Below, in pieces: positions 8,913 through 18,301 of a stretch of 64,000 bases of DNA. Position numbers and translations under genes: made by a program. Below the pieces are notes generated by a model, which saw only the letters and a list, made by a program, of their open reading frames with translations, made no database searches and was not told where the DNA came from. Each line of letters opens with the position of its first letter. Within the stretch, counting starts at the first letter, position 1. Source of the stretch: Phycisphaerae bacterium. Its GTDB lineage: Bacteria; Planctomycetota; Phycisphaerae; UBA1845; Fen-1342. The stretch is taken from assembly GCA_050115495.1 (NCBI GenBank), contig JASFQK010000021.1, forward strand, positions 49,620 to 113,619, given 5' to 3'.

Positions 8913-10484
8913 TCACTCCGACGGGCTCTTGGCCAGGCCGCTCACTGCTCGCTTGACGGCGCGGAGCAGGTCTTCGCCCCGAAGGTCCTTGTCGATCACC
9001 ACGCCGTCGGGGCCGATCAGGAACGTCGCCGGGATGGCACCTACGCCGTAGAGGTTGGCTATCGGACTGTCGGGCCCCTTCTCGGCCCAGATCTGCGTCC
9101 AGGGCAGCTCCTGTTTGGCGACGTAGTCGCGGGCGGTCTGGGCGGTACGATCGAAGCTGATGCCGACCACGACGAGGCCGTCTTTCGCGTACTCCTCGTA
9201 GGCTTTCTTCACATTGAGCAACTCGGCGACACAGGGGCCGCACCAGGTCGCCCAGAAGTCCAGCAGCACGACCTTGCCCCGCAGGGCCGACAGCTTGAAC
9301 GGCTGGCCGTCGAGCGTGGTGACCTCGAAGTCCGGCGCCGGCTTGCCACGGTAGACGCCCTGCACTTTGACCTTCTCGATATTCCAGGTGAGCTTGCTCT
9401 GCCCGACCGGCAGAGTCATCTCCTTTGACCAGGAGACGTCGCGGGGCGTCGGGCCTCACCCATACCCGGTGCGGGAGACGTGGCGGAGCAGTTCGACCTC
9501 GTGCACGCCGGCGGCGAGGCCCTTCACCTCGTAGCGGCCCTCGACGTCGGTGATCGCCCCAATGATGATGCCGGTCTCGTCCTGGGCCTTCACCATGACG
9601 TTCACGCCGGCGAGCGGCTTGCCGTCGAGGTCAGTCACGCGGCCGTCAATCTGTGCCCCGGACGAGCTTTCCAGCACGGCGGTCACGGTCGCGCCGGGAG
9701 CGAGTTCGACGATGCGGGCGAAGAGCGTCGCCTGGTATGGGATGTTCGAGCCGTACGCGTAACGGGTCACGCGGTAGCGCAGGCCCGGCGGAAACGGACC
9801 GAGGTGCCACGGTTCCTTGCTCCTCTTGTCGTCGTCCGACCGGTACGGCGGATAGATGTAGACGCGTGGCTCCACCTCTTCGTCGGCGGTGGACGCGGTC
9901 TCGGCCGATGAATCGCCGGCGGGCTGGGTCGTCGCGAGCCGAGGCAGCGGCGCAAGGTCGACGTCGACTGAGAAGGTGAGGGACTTGTCGGCGGGTTCGG
10001 GCAGTGGCCCGACGATGATGTCCGCCGGCGTGTCCATCTCGATCTTCAGGAAGCCCTCCGGGCAGTCCGCGGGCACCACGTCGGTACGGAGGACGAGGCC
10101 GGACTGGCGGTTGCCGGCGGCGAGGAACCAGGGCTCGCCGGGAGCGGCGAAGTTGCGAAGCGTGAAGCGGCCTTCGTCGTCGGTGAGGGCGTCGCAGAAC
10201 ATCCGCCCGTTGCGGACGGCGAAGACCTTCGGATCGCGCTGCTCCTCGCCGGAGCCGTCGAGGCTACCCTCGGGACCCACGCGGAGATAGCCCTTCTCGC
10301 GGTGAGCCATGAGGACCGGGATTCCCGCGAGCGGCTTGCCGTCGGCCTTGGAGACGACGATGCCCATCAACGTGTTGATGGCCGGTCTTCGCGGGGAATC
10401 CGCCACCGCCGACAGAAGCCACGTAACGGTCAGCACGAGGGCCAGCGCTGCCGGCCGAGCCTGGCGTGAGTACTTGCTGCACAC
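8913..10484 (-). CDS. Exported carboxypeptidase-regulatory-like beta-sandwich + TlpA/thioredoxin (WCGPC) protein; probable selenoprotein read through the in-frame TGA at 9456-9458 (523 aa, Sec343)
   Basis: ORFs 9456..10484 and 8913..9419 are in the same frame, separated by one TGA plus 12 sense codons; signal peptide; GRVTDLDGKPLAGVNV...TDVEGRY; GKVVLLDFWATWCGPC; SECIS-like hairpin right after the TGA. Confidence 0.72.
9401..9455 (-). promoter_or_regulatory. Putative bacterial SECIS element
   Basis: After UGA: G GCCCGAC GCCCCGCGAC GUCUCCU [GGUCAA] AGGAGAU GACUCUGCCG GUCGGGC; two 7-bp stems, apical loop begins GG, 25 nt from UGA. Confidence 0.65.
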
Positions 10485-10515
10485 GGCGATTGCTCCACGA
10501 AACTTGACCTGATCC

Positions 10516-12516
10516 TCAATCCGTGTCCGTCGGCGACGAGCCGGCGGGCAGCGCGTAACGTTCGACCTTGCGGGCGAGCTCGGCGATCAACCAGAGCTCC
10601 TGGCCGTCGTGAACCACGAAGCATTGCCAGCACTCGCGGCAGGGAGCGATGGCATCCAGGTCGTACCACTTGGGCGGGTCGGCGGCGGTGTCCAGGAGAA
10701 GGTTGTGAGGAGCTGCGAGACTGTGCGTTACGGCGAGAACATAACGCCCGCTGTAGACGATCCGGCGCCAGTCGAGCCACTCCTCGCCCGTGCTGGGCAC
10801 CTTGATAGTCTTCAGCGGTTCGCCCGCCGAGTTGTAGAGGCTGATGACGCCGCGCTCCGCTCCCCGGCGCGAACCCATGTTGAACGAACCGGTAGCCAGA
10901 GCCAGCGAACCGTCCGGCGCCACGGCCGAGGCCTCGATCCAGTCGAGCCAGGTGTCATCCGGCTTTCGCCGGAGGCAGGTCAGAACCGTGTTGTCCTCGT
11001 CGACGAGATAGGCCTCTCTTTCGGCGATAACCCAGAAGCGTTGACTGTGGGGCTGGTAGCAGACGCGGCTATTGGAATACCCCATGTCTTCCTGTATGGC
11101 CGGCAGCGTGCGGAAGCCGACGCGCTCGCCGCTGGGCGAGAACTCCAGCCTACCAACAAAGACGGACCCGTCGCCAGCCACGTTGACGTTGCCGTGGAAA
11201 CTCCACCAGCCCTTGAAGTCGTCCGGGTCGGGATGGAGCTGACGGACACATTGGCCGCTGGAATCGAAGATGTGCGTCCTGCCCCCCTGCGACTCGGCGA
11301 TGTAGATCATGCCTTGCTGGTCGACGGCCACGTCGCCGATCGCGCCCAGCCGGGGCACACCAGGGGTCTCGCCCAGGATGAGGGCGACGAAATCGGACCG
11401 CCAACTGAACCGGAGTCTGATCGTTCCGAGGTGGCGCAGCGTCAGGGAATCCAGCTTGTCGGTCTGCTCCTCGGGCAAGGCACACGTGGTCGGGTTGTAC
11501 GTAGCGCGACCGTGCTCCGTAACCTGCCAGCCGTCCGCGACATTTCCCTCAATCTCGAAGGTGACGCGCTGATTCTCCTTCACGAACCAAAGGTCGAAGC
11601 AGCGGGGTTCATCCGTGCGCAGGATGGCGCCATTCTTGTTGATCTCGCCCTCGATCTGGCTCAGCCGCGCAAGCTCGAGGCGGTCCGTCCGCTCGTCCAG
11701 TCGTTTGCGGTACTCGCTGTACTCCGGGTAATCGCCGGGACGGTCCAGCTCCCAGACCGGCTCTCCCACCGGGTCGATCAGGTTGTAGCAGCCGCCGGTG
11801 GCGCGGACTTGCTGGGCGGGAATATTCCACTTCGTGTATTCCCAATTGACGAGGATCAACGGTGTGCCGGCGACCGGCTTGGCGCTACGAATGAACCAGA
11901 GCTCGAAATCGCCTTCGGTCGGATGCGCGAAGGTGAACTCGTCCAGCAGCTTACCGTCGGAGAGCTGATAGGTGCACCAGGTCTCGCTCTGCAGAAACCA
12001 GCCTCCTTCCTCCAACCGGACGATGAAGCGGTCGTTTTCGGGATCGAGCATGAAGCCGTTGACGTTCCGGTCGACGGTGGATGCATCGCTGGGCTGTCCC
12101 CGCCGGGGCAGGACGTCGTTCATCCGCAGTTCGCCCCGGGCATCGAGGATGACCAGATGCGCCTTGCCGTCCTCGCGCGCTTTCCGGTCCACCGGGCGGT
12201 TCTCGTAGCCAAGCGAGTAGGCGTAGCCGGCGACGATTCCGTCGTCGCCGACCGCGCAGTCCCAGAGCGTGAACGGCAGCGTCTTGGCCCAGACCTCCGC
12301 CCCGTCGTGCGTCATGCGGTAACGACCCTCCCCCTGGCCATACATCGTGCTCGGGTCCACGCGTAGCGCATAGGCACCCAACGCCGACTTGTACGTCTTC
12401 GGGTTCAGCGTAACGCGTGAGATCCGCCCGGCGGCGGCAGGTGGCGCGAGCCACGCGGCCACGGCCATGACCGTCAGCATCATCAGCCAGGCTCGGTTCA
12501 AGCACCTGTTGCCCAC
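10516..12516 (-). CDS. Secreted beta-propeller-like (NHL-like) protein, array paralog 4 (short form, 666 aa)
   Basis: GGAG RBS + GTG; signal peptide; family motifs LNPKTY.S..G.Y.L.VDP.TMYGQGEG.YR, PFTLWDCAVGDDG, DVAVDQQGMIYIAE, ERYALPAGSS. Confidence 0.82.
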   Translation of the reverse strand: MGNRCLNRAWLMMLTVMAVAAWLAPPAAAGRISRVTLNPKTYKSALGAYALRVDPSTMYGQGEGRYRMTHDGAEVWAKTLPFTLWDCAVGDDGIVAGYAYSLGYENRPVDRKAREDGKAHLVILDARGELRMNDVLPRRGQPSDASTVDRNVNGFMLDPENDRFIVRLEEGGWFLQSETWCTYQLSDGKLLDEFTFAHPTEGDFELWFIRSAKPVAGTPLILVNWEYTKWNIPAQQVRATGGCYNLIDPVGEPVWELDRPGDYPEYSEYRKRLDERTDRLELARLSQIEGEINKNGAILRTDEPRCFDLWFVKENQRVTFEIEGNVADGWQVTEHGRATYNPTTCALPEEQTDKLDSLTLRHLGTIRLRFSWRSDFVALILGETPGVPRLGAIGDVAVDQQGMIYIAESQGGRTHIFDSSGQCVRQLHPDPDDFKGWWSFHGNVNVAGDGSVFVGRLEFSPSGERVGFRTLPAIQEDMGYSNSRVCYQPHSQRFWVIAEREAYLVDEDNTVLTCLRRKPDDTWLDWIEASAVAPDGSLALATGSFNMGSRRGAERGVISLYNSAGEPLKTIKVPSTGEEWLDWRRIVYSGRYVLAVTHSLAAPHNLLLDTAADPPKWYDLDAIAPCRECWQCFVVHDGQELWLIAELARKVERYALPAGSSPTDTD

Positions 12517-12547
12517 GGCGATTGCTCCACGAAGCGCGACCTGTTCC

Positions 12548-15388
12548 TCAATCCGTGCCCCGCGACGACGAGCCGGCGGGTAGCGCAAAGCGTTCGATCT
12601 TGCGGGCCGTCTCGGCGAACAACCAGAGCTCCTGCCCGTCACGCACCACGAAGCAATGCCATTGCTCGCTGTACGGGGCGAAGGCACCGACGTCGTACCA
12701 TTTCGGCGGGTCGACGGCGGTATCCAGGAGCAGGCAGCGCGAGTCCCCGAAGCCGGACGGGGCGACCAGGACGTACCGCCCGGTGTGAGCGAGTCCGTGG
12801 CAGCCGAACCGCCGCTCACCGATGTTGGGCAGCGCAACGGTCTTCACCGGCTCGCCCGACGGGCTGTACAGGTTGATGGTGCGCTGGTCGAGCTCCCAAT
12901 GCGGGCGGATGCCGAAAGGACCCGCCGCCACGGCCAGTGAACCGTCCGGCGCCACCGCCGCGGCTTCGACCCGGTCGAGCCAGTTGTTGTCCGGCTTTCG
13001 CCGGAGGCACGTCACAACCTCGTTGTCCTCGCCGATGAGATAGACCTCTTCCCAACAAATCGCCCAGCAGCGTGAGCCGTGCGGCTGGTGCACGAAGCGG
13101 CCGTCGTAGTACTCCGGCTCTTCGGTCCCCTCGGGCGGCTTGTGGAAGCCAACACGCTCGCCGGCGGGCGAGAACTCCAGCCTGCTGATGAAGACGCGAC
13201 CGTCGCCGATGACGTCGATGTCGAGGCCCGCGCCGTTCTCGAAATCGTCCGGGTTGGGGCTGAGCAGCCGGACGGGCCGGCCCTCGGCGTCGAACACGTG
13301 CGTGATGCCATGGCGCGCGTCGGCGATGTAGATCGTGCCCTGCTGATCGATGGCCACACCGCCGACGTCGCGAAGCTGGCGTGCGTCGGGCGCCTCGCCC
13401 AGGATGCGGGTGACGACGCCGCCCGGCCCAAGCTGGAGGAAGGAATGCCGGTCGCAAACCCACAGCACGCCGTGGCGATCCACGCAGGCGGCCGTACCGT
13501 CCGGATCGCTGGCCGGCTGGGCGGACCAGCCGTCGACGTGGCGGGGATCGAACTTGTCACGCACGGTCCAGTCGGCGTTGATACGCCACACACGCGGCGA
13601 CGACATTTCGAGTACGACGACCAATCCGTCATCGGCGTCCGCAGTGATGAACTCCACAAAGGGGTACTCCTCGCCGAAGAGCGCCGCGCAGTCACGTGTC
13701 TCCAACACGCGCCCGTCGAGCGATACCACGCTGACCGTGGCCCCGCCGTAGCCGAGCTGGGCGATGATGCGGCCCTGGGTCGTGACGGTCACGCCGAGGA
13801 CGACGTCCCCCGGGGCCACACGCCAGCGTTCCTTGCCGGCCGCGTCGAAAGCGGCCAGCTCCTCGCGCTCTTCCTCGCCACACCCGGGGAAGATCGCCGC
13901 CACAAAGCCGCCATCATGCGTCGAGGCGACCCATCGGGCGCCCTGCCCGGTGAACGGCAGAATCTCCTCCTGCTGGCCGGTCGCAACGTTCAGCCACCAG
14001 GCCCGCGTCCTGCTGTCGATCGATTTGCCACCCTCGTCCTTTCGCCATGTGCAGGCCACCAGCAGCCAGCGGTCGCCGGTGATCCACGTGGCCGTCGGGA
14101 CGTTGTAGTCGTCGCCGAACAGCGCGCTGAGGCCCGCGGTGCGAACGACCGTGCCGGCGGAGTCGATCAGGACGAACGTGGTGGAGTGGTCCGTCTCTTG
14201 GCGGAGGAAGCCGATCCGCCCGCCTTCGTCGATGTCGAAGTGCTCGATGTCGCGGATTTCGGGGGCGGGCTGTGCGTCGGACTGGAGCTCGATCGTCCCC
14301 AGGTGCCGCAGCGTCAGGGCGTCCAGCTTGTCGATCTGCTCTTCGGGCGAGGGACGCGAGGTCGGGCTGTACGCCGCGCGCCCGCACTCCGTGACCCGCC
14401 AGCCGCCGGCCGCGTCGCCGTCGATCTCGAAGGTGGCGCGCTGGTTCTCCTTCACGAGCCAGACGTCGAAGCGGCGCGGTTGGTCCGCGCGCAGGATGGT
14501 GCCGTTCCGGCCGATCTCCTGATCGATCTTCTCCAGACGCTCAATCTCGGCGGCGTCCTTCTCCGGGTCCAGCCGCTCGCCGTACTCGTAGCACAGCGGG
14601 TAGTCGCCGGGACGTTCCAGTTCCCAGACCGATTCCCCCGCCGAATCGATCAGGTTGAAGCATATGCCCGTGGCCCGGACCTCGCTCTCGACGTCATCCC
14701 AGTCCCGGTAGCTCCAATTGACGAGGATGAGCGGCGTGCCGGGAATCAGCCGGACGCCGAGAATGTGCCAGAACTCGTTCTCGCTCTTGGCCGGATGGGC
14801 GAAGACGAACTCGTCCAGCAGCTTGCCGTCGGAAAGCTGATAGACGCGCCAGGTCTCGCTGTGTGACGCCCAGCGCCCCTCACGCAACCGGACGATGAAG
14901 CGATCGTTGGCCGGATCGAAGAGGAAGCCGTTAACGTCTCGATCGATCGACGAAAAGTCGGTATTTACCCCGTGGCGGGGAAGGACGTCACACACCCGCA
15001 ACTCACCGCGGGCATCGAGAATGACCAGATACAGCTTGCCATCCTCGGGCGATTCCCGGTCCAACGAGTAATTCTCTTTGCCGAGCGAGTAGGCGTAGCC
15101 GGCGACGATCCCGTCGTCGCCGACCGCGCAGTCCCAAAGCGTGAACGGCAACGTCTTCGCCCAAACCTCCGCCCGGTCGCGCATCATCCGGTAGCGGCCC
15201 TCCCCCTGGCCGTACATTGTGCTCGGGTCCACGTGCAGCGTGTGCGTGCCCGACGCAGAGGTGTACGTTTTCGGGTTGAGGATGTCGCGTCCCAGACGCC
15301 GGGCGGCGGCAGGCGGCGTCAGCCACGCCGCGGCCAGCACGACGGACAGCATCAACAGCCGGGCTCGGTTCATGTACATCTTGCTCAC
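12548..15388 (-). CDS. Secreted beta-propeller-like protein, array paralog 3 (946 aa)
   Basis: GGAG RBS + GTG; signal peptide; same family motifs; GVAIDQQGTIYIAD NHL-like blade. Confidence 0.85.
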   Translation of the reverse strand: MSKMYMNRARLLMLSVVLAAAWLTPPAAARRLGRDILNPKTYTSASGTHTLHVDPSTMYGQGEGRYRMMRDRAEVWAKTLPFTLWDCAVGDDGIVAGYAYSLGKENYSLDRESPEDGKLYLVILDARGELRVCDVLPRHGVNTDFSSIDRDVNGFLFDPANDRFIVRLREGRWASHSETWRVYQLSDGKLLDEFVFAHPAKSENEFWHILGVRLIPGTPLILVNWSYRDWDDVESEVRATGICFNLIDSAGESVWELERPGDYPLCYEYGERLDPEKDAAEIERLEKIDQEIGRNGTILRADQPRRFDVWLVKENQRATFEIDGDAAGGWRVTECGRAAYSPTSRPSPEEQIDKLDALTLRHLGTIELQSDAQPAPEIRDIEHFDIDEGGRIGFLRQETDHSTTFVLIDSAGTVVRTAGLSALFGDDYNVPTATWITGDRWLLVACTWRKDEGGKSIDSRTRAWWLNVATGQQEEILPFTGQGARWVASTHDGGFVAAIFPGCGEEEREELAAFDAAGKERWRVAPGDVVLGVTVTTQGRIIAQLGYGGATVSVVSLDGRVLETRDCAALFGEEYPFVEFITADADDGLVVVLEMSSPRVWRINADWTVRDKFDPRHVDGWSAQPASDPDGTAACVDRHGVLWVCDRHSFLQLGPGGVVTRILGEAPDARQLRDVGGVAIDQQGTIYIADARHGITHVFDAEGRPVRLLSPNPDDFENGAGLDIDVIGDGRVFISRLEFSPAGERVGFHKPPEGTEEPEYYDGRFVHQPHGSRCWAICWEEVYLIGEDNEVVTCLRRKPDNNWLDRVEAAAVAPDGSLAVAAGPFGIRPHWELDQRTINLYSPSGEPVKTVALPNIGERRFGCHGLAHTGRYVLVAPSGFGDSRCLLLDTAVDPPKWYDVGAFAPYSEQWHCFVVRDGQELWLFAETARKIERFALPAGSSSRGTD

Positions 15389-15419
15389 GACGATTGCTCC
15401 ACGAAACGTAACCCGATCC

Positions 15420-18269
15420 TCAATCCGTGCCCTGCGCCGACGAGCCGGCGGGTAGCGCGAAACGTTCGACCTTGCGGGCGTTCTCGGCGAACATCCACAA
15501 CTCGCGGCCGTCGTGGACGAAGAAGGCCCGCCAGCGGTCGTCGTAGGGCGCCAGTGAGTCAACCTCGTACCATTTCGGCGGGTTCGCGGCGGTGTCGAGC
15601 AACAGGCGGCGTCCGTCCTCCCCCCCGTGCGGCCCGGTGAGCACGTAGCGTCCGTTGTAGGCGAGCGTCCGCCATGTCTTCCACTCGTAATCGACGTTCG
15701 GCGGCGGTGCGGTGACCAGCGGTTCGCCGGTCGGCCCGTAGGTGCTCACCCCGGGCGGCGCGGGCGCCAAGAGCCACGAGGCCGCACTCGCCACCGCCAA
15801 CCCGCCGTCCGGCCCGAAGGCGGCCGCGGAGATCGTATCGAGCCAGCAGCGGTCGGGCCGGCGATGAATCGTCCGGAGGACGGTGTTGTCATCGCCCACC
15901 AGCTTGACGCCATCCGTGGAGACCACCCAGCAACGCCCCCCACTCGGCTGGTAGAACACGCCGCTCCCAAGCTGGTCCGGCTCGTCTGTCCCCTCGGGCG
16001 GCTTGCGGAAGCCGATCCGCTCGCCGCTCGGCGAGAACTCGAGGCCGCCGACGAAGATGCGGCCGTCCGCCGCCACGTCGATCGCCGGACAGACGACCGC
16101 CCAGGAGCCCTCCCAAATCGGCCGATCCGGGACAACCGTCAGCAACCGCCTGGAGTCTTCCGGCGAGGGGCGGAGTATGCGCACACGCCGGCCAGCGGAG
16201 TCGAAGACGTGCGCGAACCGGTTGCGCTGCTCGACAACGCAGATCATCCGGTCCGCGCCGACCGCCACGTCGGAGACCCGGCGGAGGGCGGGCGTTTCCG
16301 GAGATTCGCCGATGACGCGGTCAACCACGTCCTCGTCGTCCAGGCACATCAGGCAGGCCCCATCGGTGGTCCACACCTTGCCGGCGGCGTCGACGCGAAC
16401 GCCGTTGCGGGCCACGTCGACCTTCCACCCGCTGGCGCACCGTATCCACAGTTTCCGTTGGTAGCTCCAGTCCGAGTGGACGTGCCAAATCGGCCCGTGC
16501 TCGAAGTGCACGTAAACGCCGCCTTCATGGTCCGGAGCGACGGACGTCATCCAGGCACCCTCCTCGCCAAACACGACGCTGCATTCGTCGCAGCGACGGA
16601 AGGTCCCGTCCGCATCGAGAACCGAGACGCAGCGACCGCCGCAGTACGGGATGATGACCTGGCCCTCGCTGGTGACCACCAGCCCCGACGCGTTGTCCAG
16701 CCAGTCTGAGTCCGGCACGAAGCGCCACGTCTCGTTGCCCTCGCCGTCATACATGGCAACGTACGTCTTCGCGTCCCGGCTGGTGGCGTCGTCCACGATG
16801 GCCACGAACCCGCCCCGCCCGTTGCCGGCCACGCGTTCGAGCCAGGACTCGCGGATCTCCACGATCGACCGTACACGCAACGCCGGCGTCTCCAACGTCC
16901 AGACGCGGGCGATCGGCGTACGCTGACCGTCGCCGGCCACATCCCACGTCGTGCCGGCGAGGAGCCAGCGGTTTCGGCCGAGACAGGCCAATTCGAGATT
17001 CCGGAACTGCGTCTGCCCGAGCAGCTCGCGCGGGTCGAGCGCAGCGGCCACGGTGCCGCCCGGCTCCACCAGCAGCAACGTCTGCGTCTCATCAGTGCTG
17101 CCACGCAAAACAGCGATCCGGCCCTCATCGTCGAGCTCGAAGTCGGTGACGTCGCGGACCTCCGGGAGCGGCTGCGACTCGGGCTCCAGCGTGATCGTGC
17201 CCACGTGCGGCAACGTCAGCGGGTCGGGCGGAGCCGGCTGCGTGGTGACCAGGTCGGGGGCGGCGGCGGGAACATCGAAGTCCTCGCGGCCCACCTCCGT
17301 GACGCGCCAACCGTCCTCACCGTCGCGCTCGACGCGGAACGTGATGCGCTGCGCCGCTTTCACGGAGAAGACGTCGAACTGCCCCGGTTGATCCACCTCC
17401 ACAATCACCCCGTTCTCCCTGATCCACTCGCGGATACGGCGGCGGCGCTGGACCTCCGCGGCGGCCTGCTCGTCACCCGCCGCTTGCTCATCGTCTGCGG
17501 GCTCCATGTAGTCGCCGGGAAAAGACTGTGTCCAGACCAGTTCACCCGCCCAGTTGATCAGCGTGCACTCAGCTCCAACGTCGCGGAAATCAAGGGCGTA
17601 TTCGCCCCACTTCGCGTACATCCAGTACACGAGGAGCAACGGGGTACCGGCGATCGGACGCATGGTCTGCAAGCCCCAGTACGTGTTCTCGTCCTCTTCC
17701 GGGTGGCCGAAGTCGAACTCGTCGACAAACGTGCCGTCGGACAGGGCGAAGATCTGCCAGGTTTCCCCCGACGATAAGCGTAGGCCAGGTCTGCTCGAGC
17801 GGACGAGCAAACGGTCGTTGCCGGCGTCGGCGACCAGCTCGATGGTCCGCAGGTCCAGCCTGTACCCCCACTCGCTTGAGTCCCGCTGCGGCAAGCCGGT
17901 GTTCAATCGCTGCGAGCCGTCCGGACCGATGATGACCAGGCACACCCGGCCCACCTGATCCGCAGGCCCCACGCCGTTCCAGTTGCCAGCGCAGGCGTAG
18001 CCGGCAACGAAGCCGTTGTCGGTGATCACTGCCTCCCGAAGCGTGAACGGACGCGTGCCGGCCCAGACCTCCGCGCCATCACGGGTCAGCCGATATGTGC
18101 CCTCGCCCAACCCGTAGATCGTACCCGGGTCCACGTCCAGCACGTACGCCCCCGACGGCGAAGTATACGTCTTTGGATTAAGAATCATCTCCCCGTCGCG
18201 ATCCGCGACCGCCGGCGACGCCAGCCATGCGACGACCAAGACTAGGGCGATCATCTGCTCCAGTCGCAC
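15420..18269 (-). CDS. Secreted beta-propeller-like protein, array paralog 2 (949 aa)
   Basis: GGAGG RBS + GTG; signal peptide ending SPAVA; same family motifs. Confidence 0.85.
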   Translation of the reverse strand: MRLEQMIALVLVVAWLASPAVADRDGEMILNPKTYTSPSGAYVLDVDPGTIYGLGEGTYRLTRDGAEVWAGTRPFTLREAVITDNGFVAGYACAGNWNGVGPADQVGRVCLVIIGPDGSQRLNTGLPQRDSSEWGYRLDLRTIELVADAGNDRLLVRSSRPGLRLSSGETWQIFALSDGTFVDEFDFGHPEEDENTYWGLQTMRPIAGTPLLLVYWMYAKWGEYALDFRDVGAECTLINWAGELVWTQSFPGDYMEPADDEQAAGDEQAAAEVQRRRRIREWIRENGVIVEVDQPGQFDVFSVKAAQRITFRVERDGEDGWRVTEVGREDFDVPAAAPDLVTTQPAPPDPLTLPHVGTITLEPESQPLPEVRDVTDFELDDEGRIAVLRGSTDETQTLLLVEPGGTVAAALDPRELLGQTQFRNLELACLGRNRWLLAGTTWDVAGDGQRTPIARVWTLETPALRVRSIVEIRESWLERVAGNGRGGFVAIVDDATSRDAKTYVAMYDGEGNETWRFVPDSDWLDNASGLVVTSEGQVIIPYCGGRCVSVLDADGTFRRCDECSVVFGEEGAWMTSVAPDHEGGVYVHFEHGPIWHVHSDWSYQRKLWIRCASGWKVDVARNGVRVDAAGKVWTTDGACLMCLDDEDVVDRVIGESPETPALRRVSDVAVGADRMICVVEQRNRFAHVFDSAGRRVRILRPSPEDSRRLLTVVPDRPIWEGSWAVVCPAIDVAADGRIFVGGLEFSPSGERIGFRKPPEGTDEPDQLGSGVFYQPSGGRCWVVSTDGVKLVGDDNTVLRTIHRRPDRCWLDTISAAAFGPDGGLAVASAASWLLAPAPPGVSTYGPTGEPLVTAPPPNVDYEWKTWRTLAYNGRYVLTGPHGGEDGRRLLLDTAANPPKWYEVDSLAPYDDRWRAFFVHDGRELWMFAENARKVERFALPAGSSAQGTD

Positions 18270-18301
18270 GGTATGTCCTCCCTCTCTGGCGAACTGCCAG
18301 C

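Noticed and set aside
8394..8915. Second possible TGA read-through at the TlpA stop into an in-frame ORF
   Set aside because: Thioredoxin domain is already complete, no convincing SECIS, and the extension is low-complexity and overlaps 8558..8836 antisense
10484..15470. Array junctions as integron attC sites or CRISPR repeats
   Set aside because: No RYYYAAC/GTTRRRY palindrome, no integrase or cas genes; repeats are kilobases apart and largely coding
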